Below, in pieces: positions 1 to 10,200 of a DNA stretch of 64,000 nt (position 1 is its first letter; every line of letters begins with the position of its first letter). Under the pieces are notes generated by a model. That model worked only from the letters and a program-made list of their open reading frames with translations. It was not told where the DNA came from and searched no databases. The stretch spans positions 19,031-83,030 of the forward strand of contig CAISGE010000022.1 in assembly GCA_903884815.1 (NCBI GenBank), given 5' to 3'. Source of the DNA: Candidatus Omnitrophota bacterium. Its GTDB lineage: Bacteria > Omnitrophota > Omnitrophia > Omnitrophales > Aquincolibacteriaceae. The translations under genes and the position numbers were made by a program.

Positions 1-8
1 CACTGCTT

Positions 9-890
9 TTATGGGATAACTTTATTTAAAGGATATTCGATAATGCCGGACGCGCCCGCCTTCTTAAGCGCCGGGATCAACTCACGAACCACCGATTCAT
101 CAATAATGGTTTCAACATCCAACCAGTTCTTGTCCGTAAGATTCGCGATGGTCGGCTTCTTCATCGCCGGGAGCAGGTCTAGGATCTTCTGGAGATTCAC
201 CTTCTCGACATTCATCTTCAGGCCCACCTTCTCCTGAGCGCGCATGGCGCCGTCGAGAAGCATCACAAGGTTGTCCATTTTCTGCTTCTTCCAGACATCC
301 TTCACACTTTTCTTATTCGCGATGAATTTCGGAATGGAAACGATCACGGTGTCGATGATCTTAAGCTTGTTCGCCCGAAGGCTGGAACCCGTCTCGGTCG
401 CTTCCACGATCGCATCCGCAAGTTTCGGCGGCTTGGCTTCCGTGGCGCCCCAGGAAAATTCCACTTCCGCGTCCACCCGGTGCTTCTTGAGATAGCGCTT
501 CGTGACTTCCACAAGTTCCGTCACGACCTTCTTCCCCTTCAGATCCTTTACGGTCTGGAACGGAGAGGATTCATGCACGGCCAGCACCCAGCGAACAGAA
601 TTAGACGTGCGCTTGGAGTATTGAAGCTCGCAGAGCTCCACCACTTTGGAATTATTCTCCACGATCCAGTCATGCCCGGTCAGACCACAATCCACGATCC
701 CCTGCTCCACATAGCGGGACATTTCCTGAGGACGAAAGAGCACGACTTCAATCTCGGGATCATCAATGGAAGGGATATAAGAACGGGAACTGACATTGAT
801 CTTGAAGCCGGCTCTCTTGAAGAGATTATAGGTCGCTTCTTCGAGACTTCCCTTGGGTAACGCAATTTTAAGCTTATTGGCAGATGTCAT
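9..890 (-). CDS. hisG: ATP phosphoribosyltransferase (long form)
   Basis: LKIALPKGSL N-terminus, RPQEM, ADAIVE-TETGSSLRANKL motifs and a C-terminal regulatory domain. Confidence 0.96.
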   Translation of the reverse strand: MTSANKLKIALPKGSLEEATYNLFKRAGFKINVSSRSYIPSIDDPEIEVVLFRPQEMSRYVEQGIVDCGLTGHDWIVENNSKVVELCELQYSKRTSNSVRWVLAVHESSPFQTVKDLKGKKVVTELVEVTKRYLKKHRVDAEVEFSWGATEAKPPKLADAIVEATETGSSLRANKLKIIDTVIVSIPKFIANKKSVKDVWKKQKMDNLVMLLDGAMRAQEKVGLKMNVEKVNLQKILDLLPAMKKPTIANLTDKNWLDVETIIDESVVRELIPALKKAGASGIIEYPLNKVIP

Positions 891-899
891 GAGGGGCGG

Positions 900-928
900 A
901 TTCTATCTTTTTGCCCTCGGAGTGTCAA
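900..928 (-). promoter_or_regulatory. sigma70 promoter for hisG (near-leaderless)
   Basis: TTGACA-17 nt-TAGAAT on the minus strand, 9 nt before the ATG, with no SD. Confidence 0.75.
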
Positions 929-947
929 TCCTGGAGATCAAAGTCTC

Positions 948-1412
948 TTATTCGTCCTGATTCTTCTTCGGGATCATATGGTGTTCTACTTTTAAGAACA
1001 GAATAAGAATAACCAAAACCAGGAGAGTGGCGATGACCGCGATCTTGTAGAGACCCACGCCGCAGGCCATGCCGATACCGCAAATGGTCCAGATCCCGGC
1101 CGCGGTCGTCAAACCCCGGACACTCCCCTGCTGCGAACGGATGATGGCTCCCGCGCCTAAAAATCCGATGCCCGTCACCACTTGAGCGGCAATACGTGAA
1201 GGATCGACCGTGGCGAGGCCCTTATAGATCAGAAACATCTCGGTCGAAAGCACCATCATGAGCGCCGAGCCGAGACACACCAGCGTGTAAGTTTTGAAAC
1301 CGGCGTCTTTGCCATGGATCCCCCGCTCAAGTCCTACCAGGGCCCCAAGAAAAGTCGCGGCGATCAATCGTATGGCAAGTTCAGCATCGTGAGACGAAAG
1401 AATCATATCCAT
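948..1412 (-). CDS. MgtC/SapB family membrane protein
   Basis: GLERG..GKDAGFKT, DPSRIAAQVVTGIGFLGAG, GLTTAA motifs. Confidence 0.92.
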   Translation of the reverse strand: MDMILSSHDAELAIRLIAATFLGALVGLERGIHGKDAGFKTYTLVCLGSALMMVLSTEMFLIYKGLATVDPSRIAAQVVTGIGFLGAGAIIRSQQGSVRGLTTAAGIWTICGIGMACGVGLYKIAVIATLLVLVILILFLKVEHHMIPKKNQDE

Positions 1413-1419
1413 CCTCCTT

Positions 1420-2526
1420 TTATGAGATCACTAACCCCGGATCACCGGCCATACTCAATTTCGACCGAATTCCTTTTTTATAAAGCTCGAATCCGCGGCG
1501 CGCGATCATGGCCCCGTTGTCGGTCGAAAGGACGAAAGGAGGAAGCCAAACCTTGATCCCCCTGGCCGCGGCATCCCGCGTGAGTTTCTCCCGAAGATAC
1601 GAGTTCGCGCTCACGCCACCGCCCACCGCGATATCAGATACTCCTTTAAACTCCGCCGCATCCAAAGCCTTTTCGACCACCCATCCGATCACGGCATGCT
1701 GAAAACTTGCAGCCATATCTTGGGTGGCCGGCGCTTTTGGATTCGGCTGTCCGGTCTTTGGATCCTGGATCTGATAAAGCACCGCGGTCTTGATCCCGCT
1801 GAAACTGAAATTAAAGCGCTTGTCGAGCTTGGGCCGCGTGAACCGGACCGCCTGAGAATTCCCCTGCCTCGCGAGTTTATCCAAAAGCGGACCCCCGGGA
1901 TAACTCAGTCCCATGATCTTCGCGACCTTGTCGTACGCTTCTCCTATGGCGTCATCGATCGTTTCACCGAGAATATGGATCTTTCCCTTTTCACAGAACG
2001 TGAGCATCGTGTGTCCACCGGAGACGAGAAGGCCGATATAGCGCTTGGGTTCTTCGTGTCCGATAAAATTCGCGACCAGATGCGCTTCCATATGGTGAAC
2101 GCCCACAAGCGGGATCTCCAGCTGATACGCGAGCGCCTTCGCGAACGCGACTCCGACCAAAAGCGATCCGATCAGTCCCGGCCCCTGCGTCACAGCGATC
2201 AGATCGAGATCTGAAGCCTTGATCTTCGCTTCTTCAAGGGCTTCTTCGAAAACGCACTGGATCTGCTCCATGCAATGGCGCGACGCCACTTCCGGCACCA
2301 CGCCCCCGAATTTCTTGTGACGAAAAAGACTGGAGGAAACCACATTGGAGAGGATTGTGTCCTTGCCCTTGAGGACCGAACACGACGTTTCGTCGCAGGA
2401 AGTCTCTACACCCAAGGTGTAGAAAGGCGTACGGTGTACGGAGTACGGGGCAACCTTCTTTTCTTTTACGCCGTACACCTTCCGCCGTACTCCTTCCGCT
2501 GTACGCCTTACTTCAACTTTTGACAT
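1420..2526 (-). CDS. tsaD: tRNA N6-adenosine threonylcarbamoyltransferase, with a repeat-encoded N-terminal extension
   Basis: GVETSCDETS, GGVVPEVASR.H, HHMEAH, LVSGGHT, DNGAMIA; the start codon is uncertain. Confidence 0.95.
   Translation of the reverse strand: MSKVEVRRTAEGVRRKVYGVKEKKVAPYSVHRTPFYTLGVETSCDETSCSVLKGKDTILSNVVSSSLFRHKKFGGVVPEVASRHCMEQIQCVFEEALEEAKIKASDLDLIAVTQGPGLIGSLLVGVAFAKALAYQLEIPLVGVHHMEAHLVANFIGHEEPKRYIGLLVSGGHTMLTFCEKGKIHILGETIDDAIGEAYDKVAKIMGLSYPGGPLLDKLARQGNSQAVRFTRPKLDKRFNFSFSGIKTAVLYQIQDPKTGQPNPKAPATQDMAASFQHAVIGWVVEKALDAAEFKGVSDIAVGGGVSANSYLREKLTRDAAARGIKVWLPPFVLSTDNGAMIARRGFELYKKGIRSKLSMAGDPGLVIS
2422..2511. repeat. Direct plus inverted heptamer repeat (GTACGGC-like) element
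   Basis: Minus strand: GTAAGGC GTACAGC GGAAGGA GTACGGC GGAAGGT GTACGGC, then inverted CCGTACT CCGTACA CCGTACG. Confidence 0.75.
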
Positions 2527-3950
2527 AAAATCTCGTTAACCACTTTCGGATTCGCCTTGCCGCCGGTTTCTTTCATAACCATGCCGACAATGGCGCCGAG
2601 GGCCTTTTGCTTGCCGGCCTTGAATTCTGCGACTGCGGTGGGGTTCGCGGCGATGGCTTTTTCAACGGCCTTCTCGATCAGTCCGGTATCGGAAACCTGA
2701 ACAAGTCCTTTTTCTTTCACGATGCCGTCGGCCGCCTTGCCCGTCGCGGCCATTTCCTGGAGCACTTCCTTGGCGCTCTTCCCGCTGATCGTGCCCTGTT
2801 CGACAAGCCGGATCAGTCCGGCGAGAGCGTGCGGCGAGACAAGGCAGTCTTCGATCGTGTTATTTTTCGCGTTAAGCAGGGAAAGGAGTTCATTTTGTAT
2901 CCAGTTGCTCGCGAGCTTGGCGTTGGCTCCTTCGCGGATACAGGATTCAAAATATTCCGCGATCTTCTTTTCCTGCACGAGCACATAAGCGTCGTAGTCG
3001 GAAAGACCGAACTCCTGGATGAACCGCTTCGCGCGTTCGCGCGGCAGTTCCGGCAAGGTCTTCCGCAGTTCTTCCACGGCTTCGCGTGAAAGTGTGAACG
3101 GCACAAGGTCCGGCTCCGGAAAATACCGGTAGTCATGCGCCTCTTCCTTGGAGCGCATAGAAAAAGTCGTCTGCTTCACGTCATTCCAAAGCCGCGTTTC
3201 TTGAACGATCGCTTCCCCGTTCTCGCAGGCCTCGGTTTGCCTTTCAATCTCATACTGGATCGCCTTCTGCACCATTTTGAAGGAGTTAAGGTTCTTGATC
3301 TCAACCTTCGTACCGAATTTTTCCTGACCCACGGGACGGACGGACACGTTGGCGTCGCAACGCAGGCTTCCCTTTTCCATATCGCAGTCGCTGACCTCGA
3401 CATACTGGAGAATCGCCTTAAGGGCGGTTAGATAATCGTAAGCTTCCTGAGGGCTGCGAAGATCCGGCTCGGAGACGATCTCCAGGAGCGGGATGCCGCC
3501 GCGGTTATAATCCACCAGACTGCCGTCCATGATGCCTTCATGGAGAAGTTTGCCCGCGTCTTCTTCCAGATGCGCGCGCGTCACGCCGATCTTCCGCTCG
3601 ATCATCTTTCCGTCGGCAGTCTTCGTCTCGATCAGGAGTTCGCCCTTGCCGTTCACCGGCATATCAAATTGCGAGATCTGATAGGCCTTGGGCAGATCAG
3701 GATAAAAATAATTCTTCCGGTCGAATTTGAGCCGCTCCGCAACTTTACAATTCAGCGCGAGCCCCACCTTGATCCCGAGCTTGAGCGCCAACTCGTTTAA
3801 GACCGGCAGCGACCCCGGCCATCCGAGGCACACGGGACACGTGTGGCTATTCCCCTCCGCCCCGAATTCCGTGGAGCAGGAGCAGAAGAGTTTGCTCTTT
3901 GTTTTCAGCTGCACGTGGACTTCAAGTCCGATGACCGGTTCGTAGTTCAT
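2508..3950 (-). CDS. gatB: Asp/Glu-tRNA amidotransferase subunit B
   Basis: VIGLEVHVQL, RKNYFYPDLPK, HLEEDAGK, DYRYFPEPDL. Confidence 0.98.
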   Translation of the reverse strand: MNYEPVIGLEVHVQLKTKSKLFCSCSTEFGAEGNSHTCPVCLGWPGSLPVLNELALKLGIKVGLALNCKVAERLKFDRKNYFYPDLPKAYQISQFDMPVNGKGELLIETKTADGKMIERKIGVTRAHLEEDAGKLLHEGIMDGSLVDYNRGGIPLLEIVSEPDLRSPQEAYDYLTALKAILQYVEVSDCDMEKGSLRCDANVSVRPVGQEKFGTKVEIKNLNSFKMVQKAIQYEIERQTEACENGEAIVQETRLWNDVKQTTFSMRSKEEAHDYRYFPEPDLVPFTLSREAVEELRKTLPELPRERAKRFIQEFGLSDYDAYVLVQEKKIAEYFESCIREGANAKLASNWIQNELLSLLNAKNNTIEDCLVSPHALAGLIRLVEQGTISGKSAKEVLQEMAATGKAADGIVKEKGLVQVSDTGLIEKAVEKAIAANPTAVAEFKAGKQKALGAIVGMVMKETGGKANPKVVNEILCQKLK

Positions 3951-3994
3951 TTAACTCTCGGCTCTTTCTCTGGCAAACAATGCGTCTCTTTTAA

Positions 3995-4813
3995 TCACTT
4001 GAGGATCGCTTCCGCCTTGGCTTTTAAATCAACGGGGACAATCTCATCGCCAAGCTTCGGATCGAGAACGTTAACGGCAAGGATCGTTTTCGGGTCATCC
4101 CAATTGAATTTCCGGTCCTGATTCAGATCACGAATAACTTCAATGAAAAGCTTTTTTCCCTCAGGATCGTACCGCCAGGATGTCACGCTCGTGTTTGCCG
4201 GGGTCACCTGACTCAGATGGGTTCCGTCCGCATTTGAAACGTATCCGGGCAAGGCATCTTTTTCATTAAGCACACCATCCCCATTGGTGTCCACGAGAGC
4301 CATCCGGTAAAAAATAAAGGTCGGAGGGGTTTTGTCTTCCTTTTCTGAGTAACTTTTTTCCGGAAAACAGACATTCTGAATAAATCCCTTTTGCTCCAGA
4401 AGAAGCTTGGAAACTCCCGTCGTTTTATCGATAAATACGAGGTTGTAGAAGGGCCCATACATTTCGCTGAAATAGCGGGAATCGCTGTAGTCACTGTACG
4501 AACTCATTCTCGGGGAACTTGCAAAAGGCCGTGTCTCTCCCACCTTCTTCTTTTCCAGAGTTATCGGAACAATAAAGTGATCGAGCCCATTCACTGACAA
4601 CGGCAGTTCATATTGCACAATAACCTTCAGACCCGCCAGGTCCGGCTTGTTTTTCCCCGCCTCCACGGCAACGCCTTCTACGGAATGCATCTTATAGCGG
4701 AGAAAACTAACCCCGGCGCCTATCACGCCCATAAGAATCAGTCCGAGAAACAGAATCCCTGTCGCTAGCGCAACGATTTTCCAGACCAAACCGATGACCT
4801 TATTCATATTCAT
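3995..4813 (-). CDS. Hypothetical membrane-anchored protein with DxNxDG-type Ca-binding-like motifs
   Basis: N-terminal TM helix; DTNGDGVLNEKD and DLNQDRKFNWDD; SD AAGGAG upstream; visibly lower GC. Confidence 0.75.
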   Translation of the reverse strand: MNMNKVIGLVWKIVALATGILFLGLILMGVIGAGVSFLRYKMHSVEGVAVEAGKNKPDLAGLKVIVQYELPLSVNGLDHFIVPITLEKKKVGETRPFASSPRMSSYSDYSDSRYFSEMYGPFYNLVFIDKTTGVSKLLLEQKGFIQNVCFPEKSYSEKEDKTPPTFIFYRMALVDTNGDGVLNEKDALPGYVSNADGTHLSQVTPANTSVTSWRYDPEGKKLFIEVIRDLNQDRKFNWDDPKTILAVNVLDPKLGDEIVPVDLKAKAEAILK

Positions 4814-4932
4814 ATCAGAGACTCCTTGTTTTTTCGCTTCGCCCTATCGAAACGTTATCCAGCACACGGGACGATTCATTCGCCCGCTGGCGGGGTCATT
4901 CATTTTGAGACCAGGCCACCGGCCGATGATTC

Positions 4933-5163
4933 TTAAAGCTTTTGATGCGTGCCGTCGCAGAAGGGTTTCTTCCTTGAGGCTTTGCAACCACACCAGGCGA
5001 CAGTCCCAGCCTTTTCGATCACGGTACGGACCGGCAGCATGCCCGTCTGCTTCGTATTATGGGATCCGTCGCAAAGCGGCTGATTGACGGATTCCCCGCA
5101 AGAGCACCAAAAATATTCGCCCGGTTTCATATTGATGACATACGGCATTTTCACCTTCGCCAT
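4933..5163 (-). CDS. CDGSH iron-sulfur protein (two CDGSH motifs)
   Basis: WCSCGES..QPLCDGSH and WCGCKAS..PFCDGTH; SD AGGAGG. Confidence 0.93.
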   Translation of the reverse strand: MAKVKMPYVINMKPGEYFWCSCGESVNQPLCDGSHNTKQTGMLPVRTVIEKAGTVAWCGCKASRKKPFCDGTHQKL

Positions 5164-5172
5164 AAAAACCTC

Positions 5173-6600
5173 CTAAAGTGCTGGTTTCTTTTTGTAGACG
5201 CCAACTTCTTGTTCAAAAGCGTAGGCCGCGCGAAGCATCGTCGATTCGTCAAAAGGTCGGGCCATGAGCTGCATGCCGATCGGCAGACCGCCCGAGGTAA
5301 ATCCACACGGAATCGACATCGCCGGAATTCCCGCGAGGTTTGCCGGGATCGTAAAGATATCAGACAAGTACATCGCGATCGGATCCGCGGCTTTCTCACC
5401 GATCTTAAAGGCCGGCGTGGGAGATGTCGGCGAAAGGATCACATCGACTTCTTTAAACGCCTTTTCAAAATCCTGACGGATCAGCGTACGGACCTTCTGT
5501 CCCTTAAGGTAGTATGCCTCATAATAACCAGCCGAGAGAACAAATGTTCCGAGCAGGATGCGGCGCTTGGCTTCCTGGCCAAAGCCCTGGTCCCGTGTTT
5601 CAAAATACATTTCGCGAAGATCTTTGGACGGCACGCGAAGACCGTACTCCACGCCATCAAAACGGCCGAGATTGGAGCTGGCTTCCGCAACAGCGACGAT
5701 GTAATAAACCGCGACCGAGTGTTCGGTGTGCGGCAATGAGATCGTCTTGATCTCCGCGCCAAGCTTCTTGTAGATTTCGGCAGCCGCCCGTACGCTTTTC
5801 TCGACTTCCGGGTCGATCCCGGCAATGAAATATTCCTTCGGCAGGCCGATGCGGAGTCCCTTGACGTCCCTCTTGAGCGCCTGCGTAAAATCCGGAACTT
5901 TTTCGGGAGAGGACGTGGAGTCCTTGGAATCATGGCCGCAGAGGATATTCAAAAGTATCGCGGAATCTTCCACGGTCTTGGTGATCGGTCCGATCTGATC
6001 AAAGCTCGAGCCAAACGCGATAAGGCCGTAGCGCGACACACGGCCGTATGTGGGCTTCACACCGACCACGCCGCAAAGCGCCGCGGGCTGGCGAATGGAA
6101 CCGCCGGTATCGGAGCCTAATGCCGCAAGCGTCATGTCCGCCGCAACCGAGGCTGCGGAGCCGCCGCTCGAGCCGCCCGGAACGCGCGAAAGATCCCAGG
6201 GATTCTTGCAGGGCCCAAACGCGGATGTCTCGCAGGAAGATCCGAAGGCAAATTCATCCATATTGCATTGCCCGAAAAGCGTCGCTCCGGCAGTCTTGAG
6301 TTTCGTGATCACCGTCGCGTCATAAGGCGGCACATGTTTGGCGAGGATCTTGGAGGCGCAAGTCACTTCCCGACCGTCGATACAGAGGTTGTCCTTAATC
6401 GAAATCGGCACACCGGCGAGGGGTAATGTACCCATATCACACCTCGTAGGTGGGATACGGTCGTCAAACCTCAAAAAGGCATTAAGCTTGGGATTAAGCT
6501 CTGCCGCGCGCTTCGCGAAAGCGTCGAGGACCGGCTGCGCGCCGTCCTTTTTCGCGACCTCAATGGCTTCCCTGAGTGTCAGAGCACAAAAGTCGGTCAT
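5173..6600 (-). CDS. gatA: Asp/Glu-tRNA amidotransferase subunit A
   Basis: Amidase signature GGSSGGSAA, GSDTGGSIRQPA, KPTYGRVSRYGL. Confidence 0.98.
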   Translation of the reverse strand: MTDFCALTLREAIEVAKKDGAQPVLDAFAKRAAELNPKLNAFLRFDDRIPPTRCDMGTLPLAGVPISIKDNLCIDGREVTCASKILAKHVPPYDATVITKLKTAGATLFGQCNMDEFAFGSSCETSAFGPCKNPWDLSRVPGGSSGGSAASVAADMTLAALGSDTGGSIRQPAALCGVVGVKPTYGRVSRYGLIAFGSSFDQIGPITKTVEDSAILLNILCGHDSKDSTSSPEKVPDFTQALKRDVKGLRIGLPKEYFIAGIDPEVEKSVRAAAEIYKKLGAEIKTISLPHTEHSVAVYYIVAVAEASSNLGRFDGVEYGLRVPSKDLREMYFETRDQGFGQEAKRRILLGTFVLSAGYYEAYYLKGQKVRTLIRQDFEKAFKEVDVILSPTSPTPAFKIGEKAADPIAMYLSDIFTIPANLAGIPAMSIPCGFTSGGLPIGMQLMARPFDESTMLRAAYAFEQEVGVYKKKPAL

Positions 6601-6878
6601 CGCTGCACGATTTTGGGGACTTTGAAGAAACGGCCGTCGGCCTGGGGGGCATGCGCGAGGGCCTTCTCCGCGGCGTTCGAGGTCTTGGCTTCATCCTTGC
6701 GGAAGACGTTTTCCATATTGAGCACATGGCTTGTGGGCTCGACACCCGCCGTATCAAGCAGGCTCAGTTTATGGACATAGTCGAGGATGGCACCGAGATC
6801 TCTCTCGAGCTTCTGCTTTTCTTCGGGCTTTAGATTGAGCCGCGCGAGTTCCGCGACCCTTTCGATCTTGAATTCCAT
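6597..6878 (-). CDS. gatC: Asp/Glu-tRNA amidotransferase subunit C
   Basis: VAELARL, DT.GVEPT.H, NVFRKD, FFKVPK; ATGA overlap with gatA. Confidence 0.95.
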   Translation of the reverse strand: MEFKIERVAELARLNLKPEEKQKLERDLGAILDYVHKLSLLDTAGVEPTSHVLNMENVFRKDEAKTSNAAEKALAHAPQADGRFFKVPKIVQR

Positions 6879-6902
6879 GAGATTTCTCCTAAGTAGGACG
6901 AC

Positions 6903-6931
6903 ATTCTGCCCGAAGGTGGAGGGAGTGTCAA
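6903..6931 (-). promoter_or_regulatory. sigma70 promoter of gatC operon
   Basis: TTGACA-17 nt-CAGAAT. Confidence 0.65.
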
Positions 6932-6977
6932 TGCAGGGGACGGTCCCCCGGAAGAGAACCGCCCCCAGATCATCAAA

Positions 6978-7184
6978 CTATTTCGTCGAACAGCAGGACC
7001 CGGACACGCCGAATTTCTTCAGGATCTTCTCGGCAAGGCAAAAGCCGGTGAGCGAGGACTGGATCAAGTTGACGCCGACAAAGGCGGTCCAGATCAGCCA
7101 CCACTTGCTAACAAGCACCGCAAGCAAAACGCTGATCAGAATGAAACTCCCTGCGATAATGCGTATCATTTTTTCCATGGACAT
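6978..7184 (-). CDS. DUF2892 (YgaP-like) small membrane protein
   Basis: Two TM helices, FVG.NLIQS..TGFCLAE motif, C-terminal CC. Confidence 0.88.
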   Translation of the reverse strand: MSMEKMIRIIAGSFILISVLLAVLVSKWWLIWTAFVGVNLIQSSLTGFCLAEKILKKFGVSGSCCSTK

Positions 7185-7199
7185 GCAAAACCTCCCTTT

Positions 7200-7254
7200 C
7201 GTACGGAGTACGGCGACAAGCTATTTGCTGCTCGCCGTACGCCTTACGCCTTAC
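7200..7254. repeat. Heptamer repeat element (same family as 2422-2511)
   Basis: GTACGGA GTACGGC ... GCCGTAC GCCTTAC GCCTTAC, overlapping the RND stop codon. Confidence 0.65.
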
Positions 7255-10200
7255 TATTTTTCTTAGCCATCATGTAATAAAAAACAGGCACTGCCGTCCG
7301 GGACAGGAGCGTCGAAGCGATCTCTCCCGCCATCAGGGCCACTGCCAAACCCTGAAAGATCGGATCAAACAAAATCACGGAAGCGCCCACGACCACCGCC
7401 GCGGCCGTGAGTAACATCGGCCGGAAGCGTTCGATCCCCGCCTCGATCACCGCTTCTTCAAGGGGCATCCCCTCGGCGCGGCGAAGCTCGATGAAATCCA
7501 CAAGAATAATGGAATTCCGGACCACGATCCCCGCTCCCGCGATCATCCCGATCATCGAAGTTGCCGTAAAGAACACGCCGCCCAGCCAATGCGCCGGCAA
7601 GATCCCCACCAGCGTGAGCGGGATCGGCAGCATGATGATGAGAGGCGTCTTGAAGGACTGGAACCATCCGACCACCAGCGCGTAGATCAAGATCATCACG
7701 AACGCGAACGCGATCCCGAGATCGCGGAACACCTCATACGTGATCTGCCATTCCCCGTCCCACTTGACCGCCCACCGGTCCGTCGAGGCGGGCTGGCCGC
7801 TAAAGACCTGGTCGATCTTTTTCTGATCCCCGGCACCCGTAGGCAACGGTAATTTTGAAACAGCGTCCTTGATCTGCAAAATGGCGTAAGCGGGACTTTC
7901 GAATTTTCCGGCCACGTCCGCGATCACATAGGAGACCCGCATTAAATTCTTATGATAGATCGCGAGGTCTTTTGTTCCGTCTTTCACATCCACCAGCTCA
8001 CGGATGGAAATGGGATTCCCGAAGCGCGACAAAAGCGTCAGGTTCAGCGTTGCCTCCAGAGTGGCGCGTTTGGCCTGCGGAAGACGCAAAAGGATCTCGA
8101 CCGGTTCGTTCTCCTCAGAAAGATGCGCGAGATCCACGGTCCGGCCACCTACCGCCGCCGCAAGGACCTCCGCGATCTGGGTAACGGGGATACCGTTAAG
8201 GGATGCCTTCTGCGTATTCACCCTAAGACGCAGGAGTTTTTCAGGTGCCTGAACGTAGGTGTCAATATCCGTAATGCCCGCCGACTCTGAAAGCAGTTTC
8301 TCGATGCTTCCCGCCAGCTCATTTTGCCCCTCGAGCGTGGGGCCGTAGATCTCCATCACCAGCGTCGATAAAACCGGCGGACCTGGCGGAACCTCCGCAA
8401 CCTGGACATGACCTCCGTATTTTGCCACGATCGCGTGAACCTTCGGCCGAACGGCCTTCGCGATGTCGTGGCTCTGGCGCTTGCGCTGATGTTTTCCCGC
8501 GAGATTAACCTGCAGATCCGCCTGGTTCGGCTTCGACCGCAGGAAATAATGCCGCACGAGCCCGTTAAAATTGTAAGGGGCCGCGGTACCGACATACATT
8601 TCGATATCCTTGACCTCGGGCTCCTTGACAAGTTCCTGCGCGATCTCGGAGATCACCTGCTGTGTTTTCGCAGCGGGAGTACCCTCGGGCATATTGAGCA
8701 CAACCTGGAATTCATTTTTATTATCAAACGGCAGCATCTTCATGCGCACCAACTTGAGCGGCACAAGCATGATGACGGCAACAAGCAAGATACCGAGCGC
8801 CCACAGGAAAATGCGGCGCACTTTCGCGTCGTGGATCAGCGGGTTCATATAGGAACGATAGAGTCGCGTGAGGAAATCTTCCTTTTCGCCGACTTGATGC
8901 GCCTTGAGCTTCCCCTGAGCGAACGCCTTCCCGAGGATCTGATAGGCCGCCCACGGCGTCGCGACAAAAGCCACGAACATGGAAAAGAACATCGCCGCGC
9001 TCGCGCCGATCGGGATCGGACGCATGTAAGGCCCCATGAGACCGCTCACGAAGGCCATCGGCAAGATCGCCGCGATCACGGTCAGTGTCGCAAGAATCAA
9101 GGGACTGCGGACTTCATTTACCGCCTCAATCGTGACATCGAGGATGTTCTTGGCCTTGTTCTGCGGCATGCGCAGATGCCGGACGATATTTTCCACATCC
9201 ACGATCGGGTCATCGACCAAGATGCCGATGGAAAAGATCAGCGCGAAAAGCGTGATGCGATTGAGCGTGAAACCGAGGAAATAGAAAGTCGCAAGGGTCA
9301 GCGCCAGCGTCATCGGGATCGCGATCGCCACGACCCCCGCCTCGCGGCGGCCAAGCGACCACGCGATCAAGAGGCTCACGCCAAATACCGCGATCGCCAT
9401 GTGAAATAGCAGTTCATTGGATTTTTCCTGCGCCGATTCCCCGTAATCGCGTGTCACGGTCATGGTGACATCTTTCGGGAAAGAGGCCTCCGGAACTTCT
9501 TTCAGCGTATGCCGTATTACCTCCGAAAGATGCGCGGCATTCGCACCCTTGCGTTTGGAAATAGCCAATGTCACGGCTTCAAAAACACCCGACTTCGCGT
9601 TCTTCTCTGCGGGACCAAAGAGAATGTGCGTCGAACGCTCTTCCTCGTCCGGTCCATCCACCACATTCGCCACGTCCTTGAGCGTCACCGTGCTTCCGCC
9701 GCTCACCCCCACAACCAGATTTTCAAGATCCGTCTTGGTGCGGAAAAAGGCATCGGACTCGACCTGCGTGAGTTCGGGTACGCTCTCGAGATGCCCGGAG
9801 CTTTGTTTGACATTGGCCGCGCGGATGAGCTGGCCGATCTCGAGCGGGCTCAAAAGCCGGGCTTTCAATTTTTCTTCATCGAAAAAGACCTGGAACTGGC
9901 GCTTGCGGCCGCCGGTGATATGCGTCTCGGAAACATCGGGAATGGCGTTGACGATCCTCTGGAGATTCGCCACGGTCCTGCGAAGCGCCACAGGGTCCTG
10001 CTTTTCACTGTGAAAGGTAAGCGCCATGATCGGGACATCATCGATCGAGCGGACCTTGATCAGCGGCTGGGTCCCGTCCGGAGGCATAAAATCGAGATTG
10101 GAATAGACCTTGGTGTAAAGCTTGATCAGACTCTTTTCGACGTTCTCGCCGACTTTGAAGCGAATAATAAAAAGCGCGCCTTCCGCCTCGGTCGTGGAGT

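Noticed and set aside
4820-4930. Possible integron attC site or riboswitch upstream of the 272-aa gene; shares CCTGGTCTCAAA with 12004-12015
   Set aside because: No RYYYAAC/GTTRRRY boxes and no convincing long fold; a single 12-mer match is too weak
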